Of a DNA stretch of 64,000 nt, positions 1-9,666 are shown piece after piece. A program made the position numbers and the translations under genes. The stretch comes from an uncultured Anaerolineae bacterium (GTDB taxonomy: Bacteria > Chloroflexota > Anaerolineae > Aggregatilineales > J027), in NCBI GenBank assembly GCA_964639245.1, contig CAZXCU010000001.1, positions 876,521 to 940,520 of the forward strand. The letters are read 5' to 3'. The number at the start of each line of letters is the position of its first letter. Position 1 is the stretch's first letter. The notes under the pieces were generated by a model, which saw only the letters and a program-made list of their open reading frames with translations, was not told where the DNA came from and did not search any database.

Positions 1-591
1 CAGGAATTAAACGATCAAGGCAATCGGTATATCGAACGGATTCGCCATTCCGTCAAAAGTATGCACCACCTCATCGACGCGCTGCTTGACCTCGCCAAAA
101 TTGACGCGGGCTTGCAATTAAAATGTGCGCCTGTGTCGGTGACGGAATTGGTGCGTCATACTTTTGAGGAACAAAGCATCACTGCTCAGAAGAAAAATAT
201 TGAACTTGTCACCCATGTGTCGCCGGAACTGCCATGGATGAACGCGGAAGATTGGCGGATTCAGCAGGTGATTAACAATCTAGTCAACAATGGCATCAAG
301 TACACCCCCAATGATGGGCGTGTCGAGGTTCATGCCCTGCAAGACGGCGACTTTATCCGTATAGAAGTCCGTGATACCGGCTACGGCATCCCCGACGACC
401 AGTTGAAAAAGGTCTGGGAACGCTTTGAGCGCATTCGTGACGAGCGCACAAAGCATATTTCCGGTACGGGTTTGGGGCTGGCGATTGTCAAAACAGTGGT
501 CGAAGCACACGGCGGTACAGTCGGCGTGACCAGCAAAGAAGGGGTCGGTTCCACCTTCTGGTTCACTGTTCCTATTTATCAGGATGAGTAG
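1..591 (+). CDS. Sensor histidine kinase, C-terminal HisKA/HATPase_c portion (5' partial; the ORF runs in from upstream of the window)
   Basis: Frame is open from base 1. Contains the H-box-like LIDALLDLAKID, the N-box NLVNNGIKYT, DTGYGIP and GTGLGLAIVK G-boxes typical of HATPase_c. Confidence 0.8.
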   Translation, partial: QELNDQGNRYIERIRHSVKSMHHLIDALLDLAKIDAGLQLKCAPVSVTELVRHTFEEQSITAQKKNIELVTHVSPELPWMNAEDWRIQQVINNLVNNGIKYTPNDGRVEVHALQDGDFIRIEVRDTGYGIPDDQLKKVWERFERIRDERTKHISGTGLGLAIVKTVVEAHGGTVGVTSKEGVGSTFWFTVPIYQDE

Positions 592-620
592 GGGCGGGGA
601 TTGTCCCTGCCCTCAAGTTG

Positions 621-1577
621 TTAGCTGTTCTGTAAAATTTGTGCCATCGTTGGGCCATCTACGTTCCCGCCGCTTAAAATCACCCCCACGCGCCCCTGAA
701 GATTTTGCCCCTCTAGCAGCGCCGCCACCCCCAACGCACCGCTCGGCTCAACGACCAATTTCAGTCGATAAAACAAAAAGCGCACCGCGTCTTTAATCGC
801 CTTTTCGCTGACTGTTCGCATATCATCCACATATTCTAAAACAAGCGGAAAAGTAATTTTGCCGAGCGAGGGGGTGCGTGTGCCGTCCGCAATCGTGGGG
901 GGATTATGAACCGTGTGCAGGGTACGGCTGTGAAAAGACAGCGTTGCATCGTTTGCCACTTCTGGCTCAATCCCCATCACTTGAATCTGTGGATTCATCC
1001 CCTTGGCCGCAATTGCGCTGCCACTCAGCAACCCACCCCCGCCGCATGGTACCAGCAAGCAATCTAAATCCGGTACATCTTCCAGCAGTTCTAAAGCCGC
1101 TGTTCCTTGTCCCGCCACGATTTCTTCATGGTCATAGGGGGGAATCAGGCCATAGCCGTGTTCCGCCGCGAGTTCTTTGGCTAACACTTCGCGGTTGGTT
1201 TTTTCCACATCATACACCACCACTTCCGCCCCGTAGCTTCTGGTCGCGGCAAGTTTGGTGGCGGGTGCATTATTCGGCATCACAATGACTGTTTTGACCC
1301 CCAGCAGTTTGCCCACCATCGCCACCGCCTGCGCGTGATTGCCGGAAGAATAGGCAATGACTCCGCGTGTTTTTTCTGCGTCCGAAAGTTGGCTGATGGC
1401 ATTGTATGCTCCGCGAAATTTAAACGCCCCCATGCGCTGCAAATTTTCACACTTGAGAAAAACTTCTGCCCCGACCTGCTCATTCAAGGTGTGGGAAGTC
1501 ATCACGGGGGTACGGTGGGCCACTCCCGCTAATCGTCGACTCGCCGCTTTCACATTTTCAAACATGCCAATCCTCAA
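621..1577 (-). CDS. Threonine/serine dehydratase (PLP-dependent, fold type II; threonine ammonia-lyase-like)
   Basis: FKFRGAYNA lysine motif, SSGNHAQAVA, glycine-rich CGGGGLLSG loop; length typical of catabolic threonine dehydratase / serine racemase family. Confidence 0.85.
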   Translation of the reverse strand: MRIGMFENVKAASRRLAGVAHRTPVMTSHTLNEQVGAEVFLKCENLQRMGAFKFRGAYNAISQLSDAEKTRGVIAYSSGNHAQAVAMVGKLLGVKTVIVMPNNAPATKLAATRSYGAEVVVYDVEKTNREVLAKELAAEHGYGLIPPYDHEEIVAGQGTAALELLEDVPDLDCLLVPCGGGGLLSGSAIAAKGMNPQIQVMGIEPEVANDATLSFHSRTLHTVHNPPTIADGTRTPSLGKITFPLVLEYVDDMRTVSEKAIKDAVRFLFYRLKLVVEPSGALGVAALLEGQNLQGRVGVILSGGNVDGPTMAQILQNS

Positions 1578-1683
1578 TCCGATCGGTTATCCAAACAAGC
1601 ATTCTCATTTTATAGGGGAACTATGAGATAACCAAAGCCAATTTATGCTTCGTCATTTTGAACTTTTTCCGCCCCAAGTAACG

Positions 1684-2625
1684 TTAATATCCCAGTTCAA
1701 TGTTGACGCGATTGGACATGGGTTCGCCGTGTGCTGCCGCATTGAGCAACTCGGCAAGGTGTTCCATGCGCCACTGCTCTAAGGAGGGGTCATTCAAAAA
1801 GCCGGCCCGGTGGGGTGTCATGACCACATTCTCCAGTTCGTGAAAGGCATAACTGGAAGGCGGGGTATGTGAACGAAGGGTCTCATCCGGCGGATAGTTA
1901 TACCACACATCCAACCCTGCGCTGTGTAAGTGACCTTTGTGCAGCGCTTCGTACAGGGCGGCTTCCTCAATCACCTCAGCGCGGGCAATATTAACGAGGA
2001 TTGCACCTGCTGGTAGCAATTGCAATTCATTTTTTCCGATCATGCCGCGTGTCTCCGGTGTAAGGGGAACACACACCATTAAAATATCGGTGTGGGGCAG
2101 TAGGTCTGGTAATTGAGCGGGAGAAAATTCGTCGGCGGTTTGCGGGGTGCGGCGAACTTTTAAAATCTTCATCCCGAACGCAGCGCAAAGTGTGGCTAAA
2201 TATGCGCCAATCGCGCCATATCCCAGAATTAACACCGTTTTTTCATGCAGCAGCTTGACCGCGCCGGGTTCAAAACGGGGAGTCCAGTCGTGGGTACGAA
2301 AAACGCGGTCATGGGGAATCAAGCGTTTGGAAGCAGCCAGCAGGAGCATCAGCGCATGTTCAGCCGCCGTGATGGTGTTATGATGCAAATTGTGGACGCG
2401 AATATGCGGGAAATTGAGCATCAAATTACGGGTGACATCCGGCAAGCCAGCAAAGGGAATAATCAGCGTTTTTAAATGAGGGCTGGCGGTGATCTGGGCA
2501 TGGGTAGGACGCGCAGCCACCAGAATTTCACAATCGGGTGGAACAACTTCGCCCACACTTACTTCAATGGGTGCGGCAAGATTTCGCGCTAAGTTGTCTA
2601 TTTCATATAAAAGGTGAACTTTCAA
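1684..2625 (-). CDS. D-isomer-specific 2-hydroxyacid dehydrogenase (glyoxylate/hydroxypyruvate reductase-like); apparent TTG start
   Basis: NAD-binding GYGAIGAYLA Rossmann motif, catalytic R/E/H context (MTPHRAGF), ~313 aa. The first codon in the DNA is TTG, preceded by GAAGG. Confidence 0.8.
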   Translation of the reverse strand: MKVHLLYEIDNLARNLAAPIEVSVGEVVPPDCEILVAARPTHAQITASPHLKTLIIPFAGLPDVTRNLMLNFPHIRVHNLHHNTITAAEHALMLLLAASKRLIPHDRVFRTHDWTPRFEPGAVKLLHEKTVLILGYGAIGAYLATLCAAFGMKILKVRRTPQTADEFSPAQLPDLLPHTDILMVCVPLTPETRGMIGKNELQLLPAGAILVNIARAEVIEEAALYEALHKGHLHSAGLDVWYNYPPDETLRSHTPPSSYAFHELENVVMTPHRAGFLNDPSLEQWRMEHLAELLNAAAHGEPMSNRVNIELGY

Positions 2626-2660
2626 AAAAATGCCTTCTGTGCTACCTTAAGAATCAAAAA

Positions 2661-2694
2661 CCCACCGGGATATATTTTAGCAGGGTCCGGTGGG
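2661..2694 (-). terminator. Minus-strand hairpin plus U-run lying in the 5' leader about 30 nt upstream of the dehydrogenase start (attenuator or terminator of an upstream small transcript)
   Basis: cccaccgg-N18-ccggtggg; on the minus strand it is followed by UUUUUGAUU (plus 2656-2660 aaaaa). Confidence 0.45.
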
Positions 2695-2962
2695 TGTCGG
2701 TCTAAATCTATTTCAATAAATTTTTATGTCCTTGTGACCCCGGGCGGGGTCGAAAAAGTAAAAGTGGGGCGAATTGTACTAAGTATGGGCTGTGTCTTTT
2801 GTTCAAATGTCACAACCTTGAGCAGAGTATATCCCCCGATTTTAAAATTGCAATAGAAAAATGAAATTTTAGTGAAACTTGAAAACGATTACATTTAAAT
2901 TTGCAGCTTTTCTCCCCAACACGTGTAAAATCTATTTGAAAAAAAATTAACATGGATGAGCC

Positions 2963-3367
2963 TTGATGCGCCAATTCTTTGTCTTCATCTTGCTTTTATG
3001 CTTACTTTCAGCCTGTTCTAGCGGGGTCTATGACCGTGCTTATACTGCCTCCGGGGATGGTAACCAGGAATCCGAACTGCGCGAAGATGAGCAGTTCACC
3101 ACCACTGACGATTTGAATGTTGTTGTCAAGCTCGGTAATCATGAAGAAAATGTGAAGGTCGTAGCACGCTTTATTGACCCGAACGGCGATTTGCTGCAAG
3201 AAGTCAGTGCGGAGGCCGAAGGGGATGTTGGGACGGTGGTGCTGGGGGTGGATTACGAAGCATGGGAAGCCTCCCAAGCGGGCAACCAATGGATTGTGGG
3301 GCGCTACGGCGTAGAAATTGTTGTAGACGGGGAAAAAGTGGATACGGTGTATTTCCGCGTAGATTAA
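2963..3367 (+). CDS. Small secreted/lipoprotein of unknown function
   Basis: N-terminal hydrophobic signal with LLSACSS lipobox-like cysteine; no recognisable catalytic motif. Confidence 0.4.
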   Translation: MMRQFFVFILLLCLLSACSSGVYDRAYTASGDGNQESELREDEQFTTTDDLNVVVKLGNHEENVKVVARFIDPNGDLLQEVSAEAEGDVGTVVLGVDYEAWEASQAGNQWIVGRYGVEIVVDGEKVDTVYFRVD

Positions 3368-3439
3368 ATGTCCCCTAAATTTTTCGGCAATTGAGGCTGC
3401 ATCCGCGTATGATTCATAAAAATAAGGTAGGGATGGCTG

Positions 3440-4621
3440 ATGAAACTACGCCGATGGATTTTTTTGCCGCTGGGATTTGGTCTGATGCTCACTGTTGCTA
3501 TCGTGATTTATTCTGTGGCACGCCAAGAAACCCCGCGTAACGATGCGTATGAATTTGTGCTGGTGTCCGATGATCTCAGCGACCCCACCTACTTGACCCA
3601 CGCCAACGATGAACGGTTGTTTGTGGTGGAGAAACCGGGCCGGATTCAAATTTTGAGTCGGGATGGCAAAAAAGAATCTACCCCGTTTCTGGATATTACC
3701 GAACTGGTTGAAAGCGGCGGGAGTGAACAGGGTTTGCTCAGTATGGTTTTTTCCCCCGACTACACCGACTCCGGCGAATTTTATGTCTATTATAATGACA
3801 GCAATGGTGATACGGCGGTTGCACGATATCGGGTTGCGGCGGACAACCCCAATCTTGCCGACCCTGAGAGCGCTGAAATCATTTTACAGGTGGCAGACCC
3901 CTATCCCAACCACAACGGCGGTTTAATGAAATTTGGCCCGGATGGGTATTTGTATATTGGGATTGGGGATGGGGGTTCCGCCAATGACCCGCAAAAAAAC
4001 GGGCAAAATTTAGCGACCCTGCTCGGAAAACTGCTGCGAATAGAGGTTGTTGGTCAGGAAACCTATGCCATTCCACCTGATAACCCCTTCCTTGAAACAG
4101 AAGCGGTACGGCCTGAAATCTGGGCATCCGGCTTGCGGAATCCATGGCGGTTTGCGTTTGATGCCGTGACGGGCGATTTGTATATTGCCGATGTGGGGCA
4201 AAACTTGTATGAGGAAGTCAATTTTCAACCCGCCAGCAGCAGAGGGGGTGAGAATTACGGCTGGAATTTTTACGAAGGCAACCACGCCTTTGAAAACGCG
4301 GAGGCCGCCAACAAAGACAGTCTGACTTTTCCGGTGGTGGAATTGGAGCATGTGGTTGAGGTCGAGGTCTGGAACTCAATTTGTTCGATTACCGGTGGGG
4401 AGGTCTATCGCGGGCAAAAGTTACCCACCCTGCAAGGCAAATATTTATATGGCGATTGGTGCGCGGGAACCATATGGACATTAGAACAGCAGGGCGACTC
4501 GTGGCAAAACGAAAAATTCATGGATACAGACTTCAACATTAGCTCCTTTGGGGTCGATTCGGACGGCGAACTCTATCTGCTGAGTTTTGGCAGCGAAGTC
4601 TGGCGGTTGGAAGCACGGTAA
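3440..4621 (+). CDS. PQQ-dependent sugar (glucose/sorbosone) dehydrogenase family beta-propeller protein
   Basis: N-terminal TM/signal; HNGGLMKFGPDGYLYIGIGDGG, GLRNPWRFAFD and YGWN motifs characteristic of the soluble quinoprotein GSDH family. Confidence 0.75.
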   Translation: MKLRRWIFLPLGFGLMLTVAIVIYSVARQETPRNDAYEFVLVSDDLSDPTYLTHANDERLFVVEKPGRIQILSRDGKKESTPFLDITELVESGGSEQGLLSMVFSPDYTDSGEFYVYYNDSNGDTAVARYRVAADNPNLADPESAEIILQVADPYPNHNGGLMKFGPDGYLYIGIGDGGSANDPQKNGQNLATLLGKLLRIEVVGQETYAIPPDNPFLETEAVRPEIWASGLRNPWRFAFDAVTGDLYIADVGQNLYEEVNFQPASSRGGENYGWNFYEGNHAFENAEAANKDSLTFPVVELEHVVEVEVWNSICSITGGEVYRGQKLPTLQGKYLYGDWCAGTIWTLEQQGDSWQNEKFMDTDFNISSFGVDSDGELYLLSFGSEVWRLEAR

Positions 4622-4641
4622 AATACTGACAAGGAGGGTGT

Positions 4642-5199
4642 ATGGAAGCTATAAAACAAATCACCGATGTCGAACTGATTCAACTTCCAACGGGCAGGGG
4701 CGAACGCTATGAATTGATTGAAGGGGAGTTAAGAGTCATGTCGCCTGCGGGTAATCGTCATGGGCAGGTTGCCGCGTTATTTTCCGCATTGTTTTTCAAC
4801 TATCTCGAAGAACATCCGATTGGCGCGGTGGTTGGCGCAGAAACCGGCTTTTATACACGCGGGAACAAACGGACGGTTCGCGCTCCTGATGCAGCTTTTA
4901 TCCATCAAGACTCCATTCCCGAAGAAGGTCTGCCAGAGGGCTATTCTTTTATTGTGCCGCGCATTGTGGTTGAGGTAGTGTCCCCCTATGATACGGCTGC
5001 CGAAGTGGAGGACAAAACTCAAGAATGGCTGCGGTTTGGTGTCCTGTTGGTATGGAATGTTTACCCCAAAAATGAACGGGTTTACATTTATAAGCAAGGC
5101 GAACAAAGCCCAACCGTTTTATCTGAGGAAGATATTCTCACCGCAGGGGATATTTTGCCCGATTTTCAAGCGGCGCTTGGGAGGATTTTTAAACGCTAG
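4642..5199 (+). CDS. Uma2-family (DUF820) putative restriction-endonuclease-like protein
   Basis: ERYELIEGEL...MSPAGNRHG and the D...E.V core typical of the Uma2 PD-(D/E)xK-like family, which is abundant in Cyanobacteria and Chloroflexota. Confidence 0.8.
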   Translation: MEAIKQITDVELIQLPTGRGERYELIEGELRVMSPAGNRHGQVAALFSALFFNYLEEHPIGAVVGAETGFYTRGNKRTVRAPDAAFIHQDSIPEEGLPEGYSFIVPRIVVEVVSPYDTAAEVEDKTQEWLRFGVLLVWNVYPKNERVYIYKQGEQSPTVLSEEDILTAGDILPDFQAALGRIFKR

Positions 5200-5285
5200 G
5201 CGCAACACCAGACCAGCAAAATTGTTTTTCTGTGCGTGCGGCGAGTATAATCCCCGCTATATTGTATTTGAGGAGAGATATTTTT

Positions 5286-6908
5286 ATGAAACGGCTACTC
5301 CTGCTGGTTATTTTGATAGTCAGCCTAGCAGCAATTCCGACGATTAACGCACAGGAAGAAGCGTTTGCCTGCCCCAACACTGGTGGGACACTCATCACCG
5401 CCATTACCGGGGATCCGGTGAGCTTAAACGGGATTTATGCGAATGACGGTGCTTCGATTGCGGTGCTGTCGTTTGTGTTTAATCCCTTGACACTCGGTGG
5501 TGAAAACTGGGGAACCGAAATTAAGGGCGACTTGGCGGAAAGCTGGGAAGTTTCCGAAGATGGCCTGACATGGACGTTCAAACTGCATGAAGGCGTGACA
5601 TGGCACGACGGCGAACCGCTGACCGCCGAAGATGTGGTCTACACCTTCAACACCATTCAAACCTCGGAAGAAGATATTGCCCCCTTCCGTCCGCGCTTTT
5701 TGCAAAATGGCGAACCGATTCTGTTTGAAGCGGTGGACGATTTGACCGTAAAAGCCACCTTGACCGAGCCGAATGCGTCGTTTTTCACCGATATTAGCGT
5801 GCCGATTGTGCCAAAACACGTTCTGGAAGGGCAGGATTTGCGCGAAGGCCCGTTCAACCGTGAACCGGTTGGTTCGGGGCCGTTCCGTGTGACCGAATGG
5901 CGGACGGGTGAAAGCATTACGCTGGAAGCCAATGAAAATTACTTCAAAGGTCGCCCCTGCTTGGAACGGATTATTTTCCGTATTATTCCTGACGAACAGG
6001 CGCAGGTTGCCGCGTTGCAAACCGGCGAAGTGGACTTTTTGCCAAACATTCCTGGCGCATCGGTATCGATTTTTGAAGCTGACCCCAATTTCCAAGTTGC
6101 CATTGCGGAATCGGACAGCTTGTATCAGATGTTCTTTAATCTGTCGTTAGAACAGTTCCAAGACCCCAAAGTGCGCCAAGCGCTGATGATTGCGATTGAT
6201 CGTCAAGCAGTGGTGGATATTGTGCGGCAGGGCTATGGCGTGGTGCATAATTCACACTTTGACCATGTTGTGCCGTTCTATCAGCAGGACAAATTGGGCG
6301 GGTACGATTATAACCCCGAACTTGCCGGACAAATGCTCGATGAACTGGGCATTACCGATGCTGATGGCGATGGCTACCGCGATTTGGACGGCGAAACATG
6401 GGAAGTCAACATTGTGACCTTCTCCGGCAATTTCCGTGATTACGAAGATTATGCGATTGTCGTGCAGCAGTATTGGGAAGATATTGGCATCAAAACCAAC
6501 CTTGAACTGCGCGATTTGTCCACGCTGGTTGAGCAGTTGTATCAGGAACGGGTGGAAGAAAAAGAATATGAAGTCCATACCTCCGGTTGGGGCGTGATTG
6601 GCCCAGAACCGAACAGCTATGCCAACTTCTATATGTGGACAGATGAACTCGGCCCGAATCTGTCAAATTATCGCAACGAAGAAGTCAACGCGCTGTTTGA
6701 ACAGGCCCGTACCGAAACCGACTTCGAGGCCCGGATGGCAATTTACGAACAAATTGAAGCGCTTTTGTGGGCTGAACTGCCAACTATTCCGTTGTATCGC
6801 AATACCGAACCAGCAGTGATTAGCAATCGGTTCAATATCGAGAACGCAGTGCTGGACAATTCTATCGGGACGAATTTCCGTAATCCCGAACGCATTTACG
6901 AGAACTAG
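5286..6908 (+). CDS. ABC transporter substrate-binding protein, family 5 (peptide/nickel, DppA/OppA-like)
   Basis: Signal peptide MKRLLLLVILIVSLAA; SBP_bac_5 length and motifs. AGGAGAG SD 9 nt upstream of ATG 5286 and TATAAT at ~5245. The track ORF begins further upstream at 5232. Confidence 0.85.
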   Translation: MKRLLLLVILIVSLAAIPTINAQEEAFACPNTGGTLITAITGDPVSLNGIYANDGASIAVLSFVFNPLTLGGENWGTEIKGDLAESWEVSEDGLTWTFKLHEGVTWHDGEPLTAEDVVYTFNTIQTSEEDIAPFRPRFLQNGEPILFEAVDDLTVKATLTEPNASFFTDISVPIVPKHVLEGQDLREGPFNREPVGSGPFRVTEWRTGESITLEANENYFKGRPCLERIIFRIIPDEQAQVAALQTGEVDFLPNIPGASVSIFEADPNFQVAIAESDSLYQMFFNLSLEQFQDPKVRQALMIAIDRQAVVDIVRQGYGVVHNSHFDHVVPFYQQDKLGGYDYNPELAGQMLDELGITDADGDGYRDLDGETWEVNIVTFSGNFRDYEDYAIVVQQYWEDIGIKTNLELRDLSTLVEQLYQERVEEKEYEVHTSGWGVIGPEPNSYANFYMWTDELGPNLSNYRNEEVNALFEQARTETDFEARMAIYEQIEALLWAELPTIPLYRNTEPAVISNRFNIENAVLDNSIGTNFRNPERIYEN

Positions 6909-6924
6909 CCGTTCCTCACCCTCA

Positions 6925-6956
6925 CCCCCTCTCCACGCAGAGAGGGGGCTTTTTTA
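6925..6956 (+). terminator. Rho-independent terminator after the binding-protein gene
   Basis: cccctctc-cacgcag-agaggggg followed by cttttttaa. Confidence 0.7.
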
Positions 6957-6975
6957 AGTGTGATAAGATTTCGCC

Positions 6976-7947
6976 ATGACCAACTATCTCATCCGACGTG
7001 TTTTGCAGATGATTCCCCTGCTCATCGGGATTTCGATACTGTCTTTTGCAGTGATTCGGTCTGCGCCGGGCGACCCTACCGTGGTCTATATTGACCCGAA
7101 CAAGCCGCCGCCTAGCAAAGAAGATATGGCACGCCTGCGGGCGGACTTGGGTTTGGACAAACCGCTTCCCATTCAATATCTGAACTGGTTGGAAGATGCC
7201 GTGCAGGGCGATCTCGGATTTTCGCTGTCGGCGCGCCGTCCCGTGACCGATGAAATTGTGGATCGCCTGCCGAATACCTTGATTCTGGGCTTGTCGTCGC
7301 TGGTGATGACGGTGCTGCTTTCCATTCCCATCGGGATTATTTCGGCGGTGTATCGCTACACGCTGCTGGATTATCTCATCACCTTTTTGTCCTTTGTGGG
7401 GTTGAGCATCCCCGGATTCATTGTGGCGTTGTTCATTATTCAGATTTTCGGGGTGGAAATGATGTGGCTGCCCACCACCGGAATGCGAAATGTGCGTGAG
7501 GAATATACCGGTTGGCGTGAAGTGCAAGACGTGGGCGAACATCTCATTTTGCCGACGCTGGCGTTGAGCGCGGCATCGCTAGGGCGGTGGGTACGTTACC
7601 AGCGTTCGAGTATGCTGGACGCGATGGGACAGGATTATATTCGTACTGCACGGGCAAAGGGCGCACGCGAACGGCGCGTCATGTTCCGCCATGCGCTGCG
7701 AAATGCGATTTTGCCGATGATTACCCTAATTGGCCTATCGATTCCCAATCTGGTATCCGGCGCGTTCATCATCGAATTTGTGTTTGGCTGGCCCGGCATG
7801 GGGTTACTAGCGGTCAATGCAGCGCTGCGACGGGATTATCCGGTCATCATGGGCGTGACGATGCTCGGGGCGATTTTTATTGTGCTGGGTAATTTTATTG
7901 CTGACCTTGCTTATCATTGGGCTGACCCGCGAATCCGCTATGACTAA
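6976..7947 (+). CDS. ABC transporter permease (DppB/OppB-like)
   Basis: BPD_transp_1 EAA-like loop (RTARAKGARERRVMFRHALRNA), 6 TM helices, follows the SBP gene. Confidence 0.85.
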   Translation: MTNYLIRRVLQMIPLLIGISILSFAVIRSAPGDPTVVYIDPNKPPPSKEDMARLRADLGLDKPLPIQYLNWLEDAVQGDLGFSLSARRPVTDEIVDRLPNTLILGLSSLVMTVLLSIPIGIISAVYRYTLLDYLITFLSFVGLSIPGFIVALFIIQIFGVEMMWLPTTGMRNVREEYTGWREVQDVGEHLILPTLALSAASLGRWVRYQRSSMLDAMGQDYIRTARAKGARERRVMFRHALRNAILPMITLIGLSIPNLVSGAFIIEFVFGWPGMGLLAVNAALRRDYPVIMGVTMLGAIFIVLGNFIADLAYHWADPRIRYD

Positions 7948-8842
7948 TCCACCGATTGAACTGACTCAAGTCCACACCGCCGATAGTCTGGGGCGGGTCG
8001 CGTGGCGCAATTTTCGGCGGCACAAACTCGCCATGTTGAGTTTGGTGCTGCTGGTGGTGCTGTCGCTGCTGGCAATTTTTGCCCCGCAAATTTCACCGCA
8101 TGACCCGAATGATATTGATACCCGCAATCCGCGTGTGGCACGGGGGGTGCCGGAAGCCCCTACCCTTGACCACCCCTTTGGCACGGACAACTTCAACCGC
8201 GATATTCTGTCCCGTTCATTGTATGGGATGCGGATTTCGTTGGGGGTGGGTTTTCTGGCGATGCTGATTAGCATTGGATTCGGCTTGTTTATCGGGGCGA
8301 TTTCGGGCTATACAGGCGGGATTCTGGATAATGTCCTGATGCGAATTGTGGATGTATTCCTCTCCGTGCCAAGTTTTACGCTGTTTCTGGCGCTCAACGC
8401 GATTTTGAAGCCGAGCATCTGGAATATCATTTTGATTCTGGGGGCGTTTAGCTGGATGGATATTTCGCGGCTGGTGCGGGCGGACTTTATTTCCTTGAAG
8501 GAACGCGAATTTGTCACGGCAGCGCGTTCAATTGGCGCATCTCCGCAACGGATTATGCTGGCGCATTTGCTGCCCAATTCGCTCGGCTCGATTGTGGTCT
8601 CGGCAACACTGGCTGTCCCCGCCGCCATTTTGAGCGAATCTGCCTTGAGTTTTATCGGGCTGGGGGTGCCGCCGCCGGATGCCAGTTTGGGGAGTATGCT
8701 GCAAAATGCGAAGGCGTGGCTGCTGGTGGCATGGTGGATGTGGGTTGCACCGGGCGCATTGATTAGCTTAATTGTGCTGGCGTTTAATTTCGTGGGAGAT
8801 GGCCTGCGGGATGCACTTGACCCCACCTTGATTCGGCGGTGA
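7940..8842 (+). CDS. ABC transporter permease (DppC/OppC-like)
   Basis: EAA loop (TAARSIGASPQRIMLAHLLPNS). ATG at 7940 overlaps the stop of the preceding permease (ATGACTAA), typical translational coupling; the track ORF starts earlier at 7880. Confidence 0.85.
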   Translation: MTNPPIELTQVHTADSLGRVAWRNFRRHKLAMLSLVLLVVLSLLAIFAPQISPHDPNDIDTRNPRVARGVPEAPTLDHPFGTDNFNRDILSRSLYGMRISLGVGFLAMLISIGFGLFIGAISGYTGGILDNVLMRIVDVFLSVPSFTLFLALNAILKPSIWNIILILGAFSWMDISRLVRADFISLKEREFVTAARSIGASPQRIMLAHLLPNSLGSIVVSATLAVPAAILSESALSFIGLGVPPPDASLGSMLQNAKAWLLVAWWMWVAPGALISLIVLAFNFVGDGLRDALDPTLIRR

Positions 8843-8843
8843 T

Positions 8844-9626
8844 TTAAGATGTGTGGATCAAATCATGCCAGAGCAAAAGCTGCCCCTGTGTGATCCGCAG
8901 GTTCATAAGTTCGGCGGGAAGGGCGGTTTGCAAGGTGGCAAAAATAAACTGGTGTGCGCCGATTTCTTCTGCTAATTGGACTCCCTGCAAAAGCTGATTT
9001 TGTAATCGGTTATTATCTTTGAAATTATCTTTGCATTCAGCCAAGTAAAGGTTGCCATCGCACAGCGCGATAAAATCCAGTTCAAAGTGTTCGCCCTTTT
9101 TCTTGAGGATAAGGTTGGCATCCCAGACCATTGCGGCGAACCGCCCATGTAAATGCAAGGCGGTTAAAAGCACCGACAATGCCCCCTGATTAACCCCCAT
9201 CACAAAAAGCTGATTCAGGCGGTAGGCGAATTCTAAAACAAGCGGCAGTTGGAATTGGGAACGGCAGCCCTGACAGCGCATATATTCGTCAATATCAGAG
9301 AGGGAATACCACAGGGCAAGGTCGCACACGGGGCATTTGAGCTGGTAACCGCGTAAAAATATTTGCTTGCCCGCGAGTTCTTGAAAGGTACGGGCGAAGG
9401 ATTCCGCCTGTTCACGTGGGAGAGCAATCGCTTTGAGTTCGGCGAAGGTATAAGCGCTGCCTTTGCGAATCTGGGCATTGAGCAGCAAACGCAAAATCGC
9501 CTCCTGGCGTAAAAATTGCAGCCCGTCCAATCCTCCTGTCAGGCGCAGCATCCCCTGATAATAATTGGCTTTGGCATCCCGGCTAACTTGATAGCCTGCG
9601 GTTTGCAAGTGGTTGATAAAATCCAT
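8844..9626 (-). CDS. Hypothetical protein with central CxxC...CxxC zinc-ribbon and C-terminal PD-(D/E)xK-like motif
   Basis: CPVCDLALWYSLSDIDEYMRCQGCRSQF zinc ribbon; ELDFIAL ... LYLAECKDN resembles the D / ExK nuclease core. No confident family assignment. Confidence 0.35.
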   Translation of the reverse strand: MDFINHLQTAGYQVSRDAKANYYQGMLRLTGGLDGLQFLRQEAILRLLLNAQIRKGSAYTFAELKAIALPREQAESFARTFQELAGKQIFLRGYQLKCPVCDLALWYSLSDIDEYMRCQGCRSQFQLPLVLEFAYRLNQLFVMGVNQGALSVLLTALHLHGRFAAMVWDANLILKKKGEHFELDFIALCDGNLYLAECKDNFKDNNRLQNQLLQGVQLAEEIGAHQFIFATLQTALPAELMNLRITQGQLLLWHDLIHTS

Positions 9627-9666
9627 TTTTATAGATTCACTGATGTTGCGTTGAAACGTTGACTTG

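Noticed and set aside
584-796. 70-aa plus-strand ORF (Pro/Arg-rich)
   Set aside because: It lies antisense over the 3' end of the threonine dehydratase gene and the REP-like hairpin; low-complexity translation, no start context.
878-1288. 136-aa plus-strand ORF
   Set aside because: Entirely antisense within the well-supported threonine dehydratase CDS.
2614-2856. 80-aa plus-strand ORF in the AT-rich intergenic region
   Set aside because: No RBS, overlaps the leader hairpin; more likely non-coding regulatory sequence.
5424-6095. 223-aa minus-strand ORF
   Set aside because: Antisense within the ABC substrate-binding protein gene; no motifs; GC-rich antisense frames commonly stay open.
6922-7542. 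206-aa minus-strand ORF rich in H/R/Q
   Set aside because: Antisense to the DppB-like permease; low-complexity translation.
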